This document shows, piece by piece, positions 1-9,957 of a stretch of DNA of 64,000 nucleotides (position 1 is its first letter; every line of letters begins with the position of its first letter). This DNA comes from Candidatus Paceibacter sp. (lineage in GTDB: Bacteria; Patescibacteriota; Patescibacteriia; Magasanikbacterales; UBA922): contig DYFM01000001.1 in the NCBI GenBank assembly GCA_020725175.1, positions 1,504 to 65,503 of the forward strand, in the 5' to 3' direction. The notes under the pieces were generated by a model. That model was not told the DNA's origin. It ran no database searches and was given only the letters and a program-made list of their open reading frames with translations. The translations under genes and the position numbers were made by a program.

Positions 1-170
1 ACGGAAAGATTGGAATCAAAGTGTGGGTATATCGTGGTCAAGTATTTGGAAGAAAGGATGACATTCAAGCTGAAGCTACACCAGCATCAACAAAACGAGA
101 TGAAAGTGAAAAACGAACCAACCGAGCACCACGACAACGAACTCGTAAACAGAGTGCTCCGGCTGCCTAA
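1..170 (+). CDS. rpsC: 30S ribosomal protein S3, 3' part (truncated by window edge)
   Basis: Frame reads GKIGIKVWVYRG...AA* (TAA at 168-170), the S3 C-terminal motif; lies directly before rplP. Confidence 0.93.
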   Translation, partial: GKIGIKVWVYRGQVFGRKDDIQAEATPASTKRDESEKRTNRAPRQRTRKQSAPAA

Positions 171-203
171 CTTATAGTGATTACTAGATTTTAGAAGAAT
201 GGT

Positions 204-617
204 ATGTTGTTACCTAAAAAAGTAAAACACAGAAAATGGCACAAGCCACGTCGCCGTAATAAAGGGGTGGCGACGCGTATGACAACGGTTGCGTTTGGAG
301 ACTTTGGTTTTCGTTCGGAAGATCATGGTTGGGTGACCAGTCGTCAGATTGAAGCGGCCCGACGGGTATTGACTCGTTACGTTCGTCGCGGTGGAAAAGT
401 GTGGATTCGAATTTTCCCAGATCGACCGGTTACCAAAAAAGGTGCCGAAGTGCCGATGGGGGGAGGAAAAGGTTCGCCGGATCATTATGTAGCCACCGTT
501 AAGCCCGGAACAGTCCTGTTTGAAATCGGTGGTGTCCCTGAAGATAAAGCACGAGAAGCTATTCTCCTTGCCGGACACAAGATGCCGGTCAAAGGAAAGG
601 TTGCGGCAAAATTCTAA
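204..617 (+). CDS. rplP: 50S ribosomal protein L16
   Basis: [11 protein letters not shown] start, RQIEAAR, WIRIFPD, MGGGKG motifs; operon order. Confidence 0.98.
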   Translation: MLLPKKVKHRKWHKPRRRNKGVATRMTTVAFGDFGFRSEDHGWVTSRQIEAARRVLTRYVRRGGKVWIRIFPDRPVTKKGAEVPMGGGKGSPDHYVATVKPGTVLFEIGGVPEDKAREAILLAGHKMPVKGKVAAKF

Positions 618-631
618 TTACGACAATAGGA

Positions 632-759
632 TCCGAATCTGCAAATAGTATCCGAATCGACAAATCTACTAATAGTACGAATTAGCCCTCTGAAGTTAAT
701 ACAAACAGTATTCAGAAGTTCGTAGATCTGTAGATTCGGATACTATTCGTAGATTCGGA
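632..759. repeat. Long imperfect inverted repeat built from TCCGAATCTAC-like units, between rplP and rpmC
   Basis: tccgaatctgcaaatagtatccgaatcgacaaatctac (632-669) pairs with gtagatctgtagattcggatactattcgtagattcgga (722-759). Confidence 0.85.
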
Positions 760-777
760 CAAAGTAGTTTATATTCT

Positions 778-972
778 ATGGATTTTAAAGAATTACAAAC
801 CAAGACTGAGCAAGAATTACATGATTTGCTTGCTACCGAAAAGCATCACTTGCGTGAGCTTCGATTCAAAGCAAGTGAAGGGCAGCTAAAAGGTGTTCAT
901 GCTATTCGTACAGCACGTACTACGATTGCTCAGATTTTAACCGTATTGAAAAAACGCCAGCAGGCGGGCTAA
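778..972 (+). CDS. rpmC: 50S ribosomal protein L29
   Basis: KELQTKTEQEL...LRF...RTTIAQILT; 64 aa; operon order. Confidence 0.95.
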   Translation: MDFKELQTKTEQELHDLLATEKHHLRELRFKASEGQLKGVHAIRTARTTIAQILTVLKKRQQAG

Positions 973-984
973 TTGTTTGATACT

Positions 985-1278
985 ATGGTAAAGGTTTCCC
1001 AACAACAAACGCAACAAACACCAGTGAACCAGGCACTTACGCGTCAATTTGAAGGTGTGGTAGTTACTGCTCCCGGACAAAAAACCATTAGTGTTTTGGT
1101 GAAGACGGTAAAGTTGCATCAGAAATATCAGAAACAGTATACCGTTTCAAAAAAATATGCGGTACATGATGAGAATAACACAGCAGAAGTGGGCGATACC
1201 GTATTGTTTCAAGAATGCCGCCCAATCAGTAAACGAAAACGCTGGTATTTGCTGAAGGTAGTAAAGAAAGCAGCGTAA
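985..1278 (+). CDS. rpsQ: 30S ribosomal protein S17
   Basis: GVVV...KTISVLV...HDENN...GDTV...[11 protein letters not shown]; ATG at 985 chosen over TTG at 973. Confidence 0.96.
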   Translation: MVKVSQQQTQQTPVNQALTRQFEGVVVTAPGQKTISVLVKTVKLHQKYQKQYTVSKKYAVHDENNTAEVGDTVLFQECRPISKRKRWYLLKVVKKAA

Positions 1279-1324
1279 GGCGTATTCATTCCGACGTTCA
1301 AAAGATACTTGTTATAGACATTAT

Positions 1325-1696
1325 ATGATACAGCACAGATCAATGCTTCAAGTGGCAGACAACAGTGGCGCGAAAAAACTTCAGTGTATTCGCGTACTTG
1401 GTGGCTACAAAAAACGCTATGCACGAATTGGTGACATTATTGTTTGCTCCGTGAAAGAAGCTGAGCCACGTGGTGCCGTTAAGAAAGGTGATGTGGTGAT
1501 TGCCGTTATCGTGCGACAGCGAAAGGAATTAGCCCGAAAAGACGGTACATATATTCGATTTGATGAAAACGCCGGAGTAATTGTTGACAAGAAAACCAAA
1601 GATCCAAAAGGTACTCGTATTTTTGGACCGGTGGCGCGTGAGCTCCGAGGAAGAGGATTTCAAAAAATAGTTTCCTTGGCGCCTGAGGTACTCTAA
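1325..1696 (+). CDS. rplN: 50S ribosomal protein L14
   Basis: [27 protein letters not shown]. Confidence 0.99.
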   Translation: MIQHRSMLQVADNSGAKKLQCIRVLGGYKKRYARIGDIIVCSVKEAEPRGAVKKGDVVIAVIVRQRKELARKDGTYIRFDENAGVIVDKKTKDPKGTRIFGPVARELRGRGFQKIVSLAPEVL

Positions 1697-1706
1697 GTAA
1701 TTTTTT

Positions 1707-2024
1707 ATGAAGATCAAAACCAATGACATTGTAAAAGTGCTCTCTGGAAAAAGCCGTGGAAAAACCGGTAAAGTCTTGCAAGTGCTTGAACAAAAAAAGA
1801 ATGGCCGAACTTATGTGGTGGTAGAGGGAGTGAATATTTTGAAAAAACATTTGCGTGCACAACGAAACCAAAAAGGCCAGGTCATTGAATTGCCGGCTCC
1901 AGTTGACGTGAGTAATGTTATGTTGGTTGATCCAAAATCAAATAAACCAACTCGAGTTGGGTTTAAAAAAGATGGTGACCAAAAGAAACGTGTTGCCAAA
2001 AAAACCGGAGAATATATTGATTAA
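1707..2024 (+). CDS. rplX: 50S ribosomal protein L24
   Basis: KOW motif DIVKVLSGKSRGKTGKV; VVEGVN; SNVML. Confidence 0.97.
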   Translation: MKIKTNDIVKVLSGKSRGKTGKVLQVLEQKKNGRTYVVVEGVNILKKHLRAQRNQKGQVIELPAPVDVSNVMLVDPKSNKPTRVGFKKDGDQKKRVAKKTGEYID

Positions 2025-2053
2025 CTTAATCTTCGCTTTGTTTATAGAACGGT

Positions 2054-2599
2054 ATGAAATCACGATTTTACACAATGTACAAAGAACGCGTTGTTCCAAA
2101 CTTGAAAGCGGCGTTTGGTCTTAAAAACGTCATGCAGGTGCCAAAGATTGAAAAAGTGGTGATCAATGTTGGGTATGGCCGACAAGTAAAAGATAAAGCG
2201 TACATTGATAATGTAGAAAGTACTCTTGGAGCGATTACCGGACAAAAACCGGTCCACAATAAAGCCAAGAAGTCTATCTCCAACTTTAAAATACGTGAGG
2301 GTATGCCAATCGGGGCATCGGTAACTCTCAGAGGAAATCATATGTACGATTTTCTTGACAAGTTGGTAAGTGTTACTTTCCCACGTGTTCGTGATTTCCG
2401 TGGTATTTCTCCAAAGATATTTGACCGTCAAGGAAATTGTACGATTGGTTTTAAAGAAAACATTGCATTTCCGGAAATCAAAGCAGATGCCATTGAAAAA
2501 ATCCATGGACTTGAAGTGGTGATTCATACCACTGCTAAATCAAAAGAACATGGTTTGGCTCTCCTTAAAGAACTCGGATTTCCGTTTCAAGAAAAATAA
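2054..2599 (+). CDS. rplE: 50S ribosomal protein L5
   Basis: [34 protein letters not shown]. Confidence 0.98.
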   Translation: MKSRFYTMYKERVVPNLKAAFGLKNVMQVPKIEKVVINVGYGRQVKDKAYIDNVESTLGAITGQKPVHNKAKKSISNFKIREGMPIGASVTLRGNHMYDFLDKLVSVTFPRVRDFRGISPKIFDRQGNCTIGFKENIAFPEIKADAIEKIHGLEVVIHTTAKSKEHGLALLKELGFPFQEK

Positions 2600-2610
2600 T
2601 TTCATTCATT

Positions 2611-2796
2611 ATGGCAACTCAGTCACAGAAAGCAAAATCTAACAGAAACCCAAAGTTTAGCACTCGTATAGTGCGCCGCTGCTGGAAATGTGGTCGAAAA
2701 CGCGGTTATATGCGGAAATTCGGTTTATGCCGTATTTGCTTCCGTGAACTTGCAAACCAAGGACGTTTGCCTGGGGTAAGAAAATCAAGTTGGTAA
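2611..2796 (+). CDS. rpsN: 30S ribosomal protein S14 (zinc-binding, type Z)
   Basis: RCWKCGR...GLCRICFRE...LPGVRKSSW; 61 aa. Confidence 0.97.
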   Translation: MATQSQKAKSNRNPKFSTRIVRRCWKCGRKRGYMRKFGLCRICFRELANQGRLPGVRKSSW

Positions 2797-2812
2797 ATTT
2801 ACACATTCACAT

Positions 2813-3202
2813 ATGATGACCGATCCAATCGCAGACATGCTCACTCGAATTCGAAACGCGCAAGCCGCTCGCCTGGCGAGTGTTCAAATTCCTGCTTCCA
2901 AATTGAAAATGGCCATTGCCGGTATTTTGGTAGAAGAAGGATTTTTGACAGCTATGAAAGAGCTCGACGGAACACCAAAAATGCTGGAGTTGTCTTTGAA
3001 GTATGTTGGAAAACAACCGGCTATTCAGTCGATTGCCCGGGAAAGTAAACCTGGTCATCGCTGTTATGTAAAAGCCGATCAGTTACCAAGAATTTTGAAT
3101 GACTATGGTGTGGCTATTGTATCCACTTCAAAAGGATTGATGACAAATAAAAAAGCGCGAAAAGAAGGGATTGGCGGAGAAATTATTTGTTCCGTCTATT
3201 AA
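2813..3202 (+). CDS. rpsH: 30S ribosomal protein S8
   Basis: TDPIADMLTRIRNA, STSKGLMT, GGEIICSVY. Confidence 0.98.
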   Translation: MMTDPIADMLTRIRNAQAARLASVQIPASKLKMAIAGILVEEGFLTAMKELDGTPKMLELSLKYVGKQPAIQSIARESKPGHRCYVKADQLPRILNDYGVAIVSTSKGLMTNKKARKEGIGGEIICSVY

Positions 3203-3233
3203 TCAGTCGCCTAAATATTGTAACGTAAACGCT

Positions 3234-3779
3234 ATGTCTCGTATTGGAAAAAAGACAATTACTATCCCAGCTGGTGTAACGGTTGAGGTTCAAGGAGACC
3301 TCATTCGGGTAAAAGGACCAAAAGGGGAGTTGACCAGAACCGTTTCGCCATTGGTGCAGATTCAGGTTGCGGCCGAAGGAGTAATGGTTGACGTGAAGAA
3401 TAAAGAAGACAAACAAGAACGTTCTTTGTGGGGTACTTTTGGATCTCATGTGACAAATATGGTGCGAGGCGTGACCGAAGGGTTTAAAAAGCAACTTGAG
3501 ATTAATGGTGTTGGATATAAAGCGGCAATGCAAGGAAAAGACCTGAAATTGGATGTTGGATTTTCACATTCGGTTATTTTTCCTCTTCCTAGTGTTGTAT
3601 CCGCACAAGTAGAGAAAAACGTTATTACATTAGAAAGTATTGATAAAGAGTTGTTGGGTGCTACGGCTGCCAAGCTTCGCAGTGTAAGACCACCGGAACC
3701 ATATAAAGGAAAAGGAATTAAGTACTCTGACGAGACAATTCGACGCAAAGCTGGTAAAGCAGCGAAGGCAGCGAAATAA
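3234..3779 (+). CDS. rplF: 50S ribosomal protein L6
   Basis: MSRIGKK start (ATG 3234), [23 protein letters not shown]. Confidence 0.98.
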   Translation: MSRIGKKTITIPAGVTVEVQGDLIRVKGPKGELTRTVSPLVQIQVAAEGVMVDVKNKEDKQERSLWGTFGSHVTNMVRGVTEGFKKQLEINGVGYKAAMQGKDLKLDVGFSHSVIFPLPSVVSAQVEKNVITLESIDKELLGATAAKLRSVRPPEPYKGKGIKYSDETIRRKAGKAAKAAK

Positions 3780-3814
3780 TGTTGATCACATTTTCTCTCA
3801 GTAGCTATTACTCT

Positions 3815-4189
3815 ATGAGCAAAAAAAACATGAACAACCAAACAAAACGTTTGCGCCGACATCGCCGAATTCGAGCGGTTATCTCCGGTACTGCCACTCG
3901 ACCTCGTTTGGCTGTATTTCGAAGTAATGATGCGCTTTTCTTGCAACTTATTGATGATGTGGCCGGAAAAACATTGGTATCTGCCCACAGTAAAACTGAT
4001 GCAACTGCCGGTGACGCAGGAGAACGAACTGGAAAAGTGAAAGAAAGTTATTTGGTTGGGAAAGCGTTGGCGGAAAAAGCAAAAGCAAAACAGATTGAAA
4101 CAGTAGTGTTTGATCGTGGAGGGTATCTGTATCACGGACGCGTAAAAGCAGCGGCTGAAGGCGCGCGTGATGGGGGATTACAATTTTAG
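3815..4189 (+). CDS. rplR: 50S ribosomal protein L18
   Basis: [31 protein letters not shown]; start codon uncertain (ATG 3815 chosen). Confidence 0.97.
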   Translation: MSKKNMNNQTKRLRRHRRIRAVISGTATRPRLAVFRSNDALFLQLIDDVAGKTLVSAHSKTDATAGDAGERTGKVKESYLVGKALAEKAKAKQIETVVFDRGGYLYHGRVKAAAEGARDGGLQF

Positions 4190-4200
4190 TTTTGTATTAC

Positions 4201-4292
4201 GTTTATTGGTTTAATAGTTCATTGGTCGATTGGGTAGCCAAACCTTCATCCAGTGCATCACGAAAGACCAATTTGATATTAAACCAATAAAC
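4201..4292. repeat. Inverted array of 8-nt TTTATTGG-like units between rplR and rpsE
   Basis: gtttattggtttaata (4201-4216) is the exact reverse complement of tattaaaccaataaac (4277-4292); pairing extends inward (attggtc/gaccaat). Confidence 0.8.
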
Positions 4293-4313
4293 TAGTAAAC
4301 TAATAACTTCTTT

Positions 4314-4928
4314 ATGGCACAACAAGGCAAAGGAACAAAAAAAATGAGACCAAAAAAAGAAAAACCAGAGTTTGACCAACAGATTGTGGATTTGGCTCGT
4401 GTTACCCGTGTGACCAAAGGTGGAAAACAACTGAGTTTTCGCGCCTGTGTTGTGATTGGTGATCGCAAGGGTAGAGTAGGGTATGGAGTAGATAAAGGAA
4501 AGGATGTTCAGATTGCGGTTGAAAAAGCGGTAAATCAAGCAAAGAAGAGTTTGATCCGTGTTCCACTGGTAAATGAAACTATTCCGCACCGAGTAGAATC
4601 AAAATTTAAAGCAGCGCGTGTCATGATTAAACCTGCACCACGAGGATCTGGGCTTATTGCGGGAAGTTCAATTCGAATTGTTCTTGAGTTGGCTGGAGTC
4701 CCAAACGCATCATCAAAAATGCTGGGAAAAACCACCAACAAAATTACCAATATCAAGAGTATTTTTGACGCACTGACATCATTTCGCCCAACTTCAGGAA
4801 AGCCGTCTCGTTCGGAACGACCGGTAGTGAAATCAGAAGCTGAAGAGACTGACACACCGACAGCCGAAGTGAAGAAACGTCCTGCTCGTAAGACTGCTGC
4901 TAAGAAATCAGCAAAAGAAACCGCATAA
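4314..4928 (+). CDS. rpsE: 30S ribosomal protein S5 with a low-complexity C-terminal extension
   Basis: RVTRVTKGGK, GDRKGRVGYG, KPAPRGSGLIAG. Confidence 0.97.
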   Translation: MAQQGKGTKKMRPKKEKPEFDQQIVDLARVTRVTKGGKQLSFRACVVIGDRKGRVGYGVDKGKDVQIAVEKAVNQAKKSLIRVPLVNETIPHRVESKFKAARVMIKPAPRGSGLIAGSSIRIVLELAGVPNASSKMLGKTTNKITNIKSIFDALTSFRPTSGKPSRSERPVVKSEAEETDTPTAEVKKRPARKTAAKKSAKETA

Positions 4929-4987
4929 TTGATCAGTCAGTTTCCCTTTTTTGTTATCTCGTTATCAATTTACCAAATTACCTTCAT

Positions 4988-5431
4988 ATGGCTGCATTAG
5001 CTCCTCACACAATTTCACAACCACGTGCTCGCAGAAAAGCAAAGCGAGTTGGTCGTGGTATTGCTTCCGGAAAAGGAAAAACCTCCGCACGAGGTGAAAA
5101 AGGTCAGAAAGCACGTTCTGGTGGAAAAGCCGGTTTGAAAACATTTGGGTTCAAACAGTCTTTACAAAAAGTACCAAAACTTCGCGGATTCAAGAGTCAA
5201 AAACCAAAAAAAGAAACCGTTACACTTGCAAAATTAGCTGAATACTCGGAAGCAAATCAAGTAGTTACTCCACACGTGTTGAAAGAAAAAGGCGTGATTG
5301 CGCGCCCGCAAAGCGGTGTGAAAATCGTCGCGAGCGGTACGATGCCTCACGCGATTACCGTGGAAGGTTGCTTGGTGAGTAAAAAAGCGGTAGAATTGAT
5401 TGAGAAAGCGGGTGGAAAGATTGTGTTCTAG
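4988..5431 (+). CDS. rplO: 50S ribosomal protein L15
   Basis: RVGRGIASGKGKTSARGEKGQKARSG, PKLRGF, IEKAGG. Confidence 0.97.
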   Translation: MAALAPHTISQPRARRKAKRVGRGIASGKGKTSARGEKGQKARSGGKAGLKTFGFKQSLQKVPKLRGFKSQKPKKETVTLAKLAEYSEANQVVTPHVLKEKGVIARPQSGVKIVASGTMPHAITVEGCLVSKKAVELIEKAGGKIVF

Positions 5432-5470
5432 TTTCCGTGATAGATATGTTGGTGAGTACTGACTCGATCA

Positions 5471-5518
5471 GAAATAACGAAATAACGAAATAAAGAAATA
5501 AAGAAATAAAGAAATAAG
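5471..5518 (+). repeat. Tandem octamer array GAAATAA(C/A/G) x6
   Basis: gaaataac gaaataac gaaataaa gaaataaa gaaataaa gaaataag; the same unit recurs at 28052-28107. Confidence 0.9.
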
Positions 5519-5623
5519 CATTACTTGGACTGGTCAAATGTACGTCTTCTTCTACAGTACACTTATTCTTTTGCGGTTTAAATTGTCTTTCCTGTTTAAT
5601 TTATACCACTACCTCTGATTTCT

Positions 5624-6898
5624 ATGTGGGAAAAACTTCAACGAATTTGGAAAATTACCGATCTGCGTAACCGCATTCTTTTTGTTATTGGGATGTTGGT
5701 TATTTTTCGGGTAGCGGCACACATTCCAGTTCCGGGAATTAATACTGCCAATTTGCAGCAATTTTTGTCTGGAAACCAAATTCTCGGATTGTTAAATATT
5801 TTTTCCGGTGGAACAATTGAAAACTTTTCGTTGGTCATGCTTGGAGTAGCCCCATATATTACGGCTTCCATTATTTTTCAGTTGTTGACCATGGTAGTTC
5901 CTCAGCTTGAAGAACTGTCAAAAGAGGGCGAATCAGGGCAACAGAAGATCAGTCAGTACACACGTATCACTACTATTCCGTTGGCTATTTTACAAGCGTT
6001 TGGGTTGTTACAACTATTACAACAATCACAACTCGATATTTTAGGAACATTAACCCCATTCCGCTTTGTTGCCATCTTGCTGAGTGTTACCGCCGGAACC
6101 ATGTTTTTGATGTGGATTGGTGAACAGATTACAGAAAAGAATATCGGAAACGGAATTTCATTGTTGATTTTTGCTGGTATCGTGGCGGTATTACCACAAA
6201 CAGTACAAAATATTGTGGTCAACTATAATCCGGCTGATTTACCGACGTATTTACTCTTTATTGTTATCGCGATTCTTACGGTTGTCGGAATTGTTATCAT
6301 CAATGAAGGACAGCGAAACATTCCAGTAAGTTATGCTAAACAAATTCGTGGTGGACGTGGCGCACAAGGTGGTGCGCAATCTCATTTGCCGCTTCGAGTA
6401 AATATGGCCGGAGTGATTCCGATTATCTTCGCGATTTCCGTGATTCTTTTCCCACCAATGGTCGCGCAATTTCTTGTAAATAAAGCCGGCATCATAGGTT
6501 CGCTCGCGCAAAAGACAATTACGCTATTTAATAACCAACTGTTTTACGGTATCATTTATTTCTTACTGGTTTTCGGATTTACCTATTTCTATACTGCAGT
6601 AATTTTCAAACCAGACAAGATTGCGGAAAATTTGCAACGTCAAGGCGGATTTATTCCTGGTATTCGTCCGGGCAAACAAACGGAAGAATATTTGGCTGGT
6701 ATCATGCATAAATTGGTTTTTGCGGGAGCACTGTTCTTGGCACTGATTGCTATTCTGCCACTCATTGTTCAGGCAATCACAAATTCTCAAGCGTTGGTGA
6801 TTGGGGGAACTAGCTTACTGATCGTAGTAAGCGTAGCGATCGAGATGACGAAACAAATAGAAGCGCAACTGACCATGCATGAATACGATCGGGTCTAA
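5624..6898 (+). CDS. secY: Preprotein translocase subunit SecY
   Basis: HIPVPGI, LGVAPYITASII, IGNGISLLIF, GVIPIIFA, FIPGIRPG, GGTSLLI. Confidence 0.99.
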   Translation: MWEKLQRIWKITDLRNRILFVIGMLVIFRVAAHIPVPGINTANLQQFLSGNQILGLLNIFSGGTIENFSLVMLGVAPYITASIIFQLLTMVVPQLEELSKEGESGQQKISQYTRITTIPLAILQAFGLLQLLQQSQLDILGTLTPFRFVAILLSVTAGTMFLMWIGEQITEKNIGNGISLLIFAGIVAVLPQTVQNIVVNYNPADLPTYLLFIVIAILTVVGIVIINEGQRNIPVSYAKQIRGGRGAQGGAQSHLPLRVNMAGVIPIIFAISVILFPPMVAQFLVNKAGIIGSLAQKTITLFNNQLFYGIIYFLLVFGFTYFYTAVIFKPDKIAENLQRQGGFIPGIRPGKQTEEYLAGIMHKLVFAGALFLALIAILPLIVQAITNSQALVIGGTSLLIVVSVAIEMTKQIEAQLTMHEYDRV

Positions 6899-6920
6899 TG
6901 ATTGGTGATGAAGATACTAT

Positions 6921-6950
6921 ACAGCCTGCTTTCGAGCGGGCTGTGTTGTT
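6921..6950 (+). terminator. Hairpin downstream of secY, probable terminator
   Basis: acagcctgct-ttcg-agcgggctgt followed by gttgtt (weak U tract). Confidence 0.5.
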
Positions 6951-7094
6951 GCCAGCGACAGCCGTACTTGAGGTCTGAAGAGTGTGTGGTATAGTAAGAA
7001 TAGAGCGACTGTTTGTTCATTGGGTGAAGTGACTGTTTGGGAGTTAATCCAATGAAGAATGCGCAGAAGTGTTGTATTCTTAGCAATTTCTTAT

Positions 7095-7406
7095 ATGAGT
7101 TTCTTCTCTTATTTATTTGGTTCTAGTTCAGATCGATACTCCGACCAGCAAAAAACATTGTCTGAACAAACAATTCAAGATATCGTGTCTCGTTCACTGG
7201 TAAACACGTTGTCAAAACAAGAAGAGTTGGTTGTGGAGCGAGCAATCGCGACAGCCAGAAAAGGCAACGGAAAGATTTCTCTTCGTCAAATTGATGAGAC
7301 GTTGAGGAGATTGCAGCATGCGAAAGATCCGAATCAAAGAATTAGTGAACACGATAGAAGAAAACTTATGAAAGTCTTTGAGAATTATTATGCAAAATTA
7401 GCTTGA
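7095..7406 (+). CDS. Hypothetical protein
   Basis: Open frame MSFFSYLFGS...; no family recognised. Confidence 0.65.
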   Translation: MSFFSYLFGSSSDRYSDQQKTLSEQTIQDIVSRSLVNTLSKQEELVVERAIATARKGNGKISLRQIDETLRRLQHAKDPNQRISEHDRRKLMKVFENYYAKLA

Positions 7407-7662
7407 GAATACTGAGATGATAAGCAAGAAATATTTATAAAGAAAATTACAAGACGTATAAAACAAATAAAATATATAAAATGTTTAAAACGAATAACAT
7501 ATACAAAACATCTAAACAAATGAATTACCTGCAGCAGACTGTAGGGAATCCAACACTCGTCCACCTAGGGCGGATGAAGCAAACAATTAAGCAAATAATC
7601 CAATAAACTAATTTTCTCATTAACTATTTAACGAATATACTATTTACCAATTACACGTACGT

Positions 7663-8328
7663 ATGAAACACATCATTATCTTCATGGGTATTCCGGGAAG
7701 CGGCAAGGGGACGGAGGCAAAAAAACTGGCGGAGGAATTTGGTTATGTTCATATTTCTACCGGTGATTTGTTTCGGGCATTGGCACTTGATCCAAAGGCT
7801 GATCCAAATGACCTCAAACTTCTTGAAGATATGAAGGCAGGAAGACTAGTGTCTGATGCGTTGGTATATAAATTGGCTTTTCAGGCCATTGAACATTCTC
7901 TTGCAGAAGGTCATGGAGTAGTGCTAGATGGGGCGATTCGAAGTGTGGAGCAGGCAAAAGCTTTTGAAGCGTTTTTTGAAAAAAAGGGGTTAGTGGGTGA
8001 AGTGCAGGTGATTGAACTTACGCTTGATGATGAGATGGCTTATAATCGACTCACAAAAAGAAAAATTTGTTCAGAATGCGGAGCGATTTTACCATACTCA
8101 TTGGATAATGAGGTGCGCACGGTGTGTCAGGCGTGTGGGGGAAAATTGGTCGTGCGTTCGGATGATAGTCCGGAAATAGCCCGAAAACGGCTTGAAGAAC
8201 AAGGAAATGCCATGATTAAGCCTATAATTGCATATTATCAAACGATCGGATTGTGGAAAGCGGTGGACGCAAGTAAAAGTATTGATGAGGTTCATCACGA
8301 GGTGGTTGCGTGTTTAGCAGAAGTATAA
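7663..8328 (+). CDS. adk: Adenylate kinase (zinc-binding LID)
   Basis: GIPGSGKGT P-loop, HISTGDLFR, LDG, CSECG...CQACG, RSDD. Confidence 0.95.
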   Translation: MKHIIIFMGIPGSGKGTEAKKLAEEFGYVHISTGDLFRALALDPKADPNDLKLLEDMKAGRLVSDALVYKLAFQAIEHSLAEGHGVVLDGAIRSVEQAKAFEAFFEKKGLVGEVQVIELTLDDEMAYNRLTKRKICSECGAILPYSLDNEVRTVCQACGGKLVVRSDDSPEIARKRLEEQGNAMIKPIIAYYQTIGLWKAVDASKSIDEVHHEVVACLAEV

Positions 8329-8470
8329 TATGCTAGAAGTATCATGAGTATCTGGTAAAACAAAAACCGACCTATCGGAAACCGCCGGCGGTCTCAACAA
8401 TAGATCGGTCTATGAAATCAAGTGATCAGCTTGATCTGTGTACCGTATCCCTACGAAAGGGAGAGAAAAG

Positions 8471-8495
8471 CAACGATACCTAGTCGTTGTTTTTT
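8471..8495 (+). terminator. Intrinsic terminator-like hairpin between adk and map
   Basis: caacga-tacctag-tcgttg followed by tttttt. Confidence 0.6.
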
Positions 8496-8638
8496 GGTGG
8501 GCATGAGTATACCATAAAAAAAATAAATTGAATAGTAATAGAATTTGTGGATAGGTTGAAAAAAAACGATACTGTGGTACAATCAGATGGTTCTAGGAAT
8601 ATATGTATAATTTGATAATGGATATAATGTAACAAACT

Positions 8639-9451
8639 ATGTATAAAAAGAAACAACACGAACTCAAGTGGATTGAAGAAGGTGGAAAAAAGTTGGGGGA
8701 GATTTTGCGACAGCTTGAAACAATGGTACGGCCGGGAGTAAGTGCCTGGGATATTGATCAGGAGGCAGAAAAGCTCATCCGGGCAGTCGGTGGTGTGCCA
8801 GCGTTTAAAGGGTACAAGGCGCATCGCTATGATCCTCCGTTTCCATCTACAATTTGTGCCTCTCGCAATGAAGAAGTAGTGCACGGAATTGCCACAAAAG
8901 ATAAGATATTACATGATGGTGATATTTTTAGTATTGATATTGGGATGCAGTATCCGGCCGGATGTGGAGAGGGTAAAGACGGGAATGGATATTTTACCGA
9001 TACCGCTCTTACGGTGCCGGTGGGAACTATTCCGGAAACAACAAAACAATTACTTGCGGTTACCAAAAAAGCTCTTGAAATTGGGATTGCGGCTGCAGTA
9101 CCGGGGAATACTGTCGCGGAGATTGGACGAGCGATTGAAGACTATGTTGCTCCGCAAGGATATGGAATAGTGCGAGATTTGGTGGGTCATGGAGTGGGGC
9201 ATGCGGTACATGAAGATCCGCGGGTACCAAATTATTACGAAAAAGATTTGGAACAGTGGGAAATTGTTCCGGGGGTGGTACTGGCGCTCGAGCCGATGAT
9301 TACTATGAAAGGAGAGGATGTAGAAACTGCTGCTGACGGGTGGAGTATCTCTACGGTTGACAAAAGTTTAAGTGCGCATTTTGAACATACTATTATCATT
9401 ACAGAAGAAGGGCCGGTAGTGGTGACGAGGAGAGTGGGGGAGAAAGTTTGA
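8639..9451 (+). CDS. map: Methionine aminopeptidase type I
   Basis: NEEVVHGI, GDIFSIDIG, DTALT, GHGVG, HEDP, EPMI, AHFEHT. Confidence 0.97.
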   Translation: MYKKKQHELKWIEEGGKKLGEILRQLETMVRPGVSAWDIDQEAEKLIRAVGGVPAFKGYKAHRYDPPFPSTICASRNEEVVHGIATKDKILHDGDIFSIDIGMQYPAGCGEGKDGNGYFTDTALTVPVGTIPETTKQLLAVTKKALEIGIAAAVPGNTVAEIGRAIEDYVAPQGYGIVRDLVGHGVGHAVHEDPRVPNYYEKDLEQWEIVPGVVLALEPMITMKGEDVETAADGWSISTVDKSLSAHFEHTIIITEEGPVVVTRRVGEKV

Positions 9452-9570
9452 AGTTTTAATGATTAAGTTTAAAGGTAGAGTGGGTATTTTGTACTAGTAT
9501 TAAAAAGTAATGTTATATAGGAAAAATATATACAGACGACAGAATAATAAAACTTAAACATTTAAACTTC
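9450..9570. repeat. Inverted array of 7-nt AAGTTTA-like units between map and ruvX
   Basis: gaagttttaatgattaagttt pairs imperfectly with aaacttaaacatttaaacttc. Confidence 0.65.
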
Positions 9571-9578
9571 AGCATTTT

Positions 9579-9956
9579 ATGAACATCCTTGCTATCGACT
9601 ACGGCACAAAACGTATTGGTCTTGCTTGGGTACAGCTTGGTCTTGGAGTGGTGTTGCCCTATGGAATAATTGAAAAACCTACACTTCAAGGGCAGGTACA
9701 AGCAGTGGTGGAGTTGATAGAAAAAGAAGGCATCGATACTCTGGTGGTGGGGTTGCCACTCGGCCTCAATGGAAAAGAAAATGAAAATACTGAACGGGTA
9801 CACGCATTTGTCTTAGCCTTGAAAAAAGCGAAAGAGATTTCGGTTGAGTTTATCGATGAGCGGTTTAGTTCGAAACAAGCTGATGTGATGGGTGGAGACG
9901 CGAGTCGAGATGAAAAAGCGGCGATGGTATTGTTGCAAAATTATCTAGCAAATTAA
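9579..9956 (+). CDS. ruvX: Holliday junction resolvase-like / pre-16S rRNA nuclease (YqgF/RuvX)
   Basis: ILAIDYGTKRIGLA, VVGLP, DERFSS, DEKAAMVLLQ. Confidence 0.93.
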   Translation: MNILAIDYGTKRIGLAWVQLGLGVVLPYGIIEKPTLQGQVQAVVELIEKEGIDTLVVGLPLGLNGKENENTERVHAFVLALKKAKEISVEFIDERFSSKQADVMGGDASRDEKAAMVLLQNYLAN

Positions 9957-9957
9957 T

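Noticed and set aside
3446-4135. Long antisense ORFs over ribosomal and other housekeeping genes (for example 3446-4135, 28707-29285, 37711-38475)
   Set aside because: They are shadows of well-supported genes on the opposite strand, with no motifs of their own
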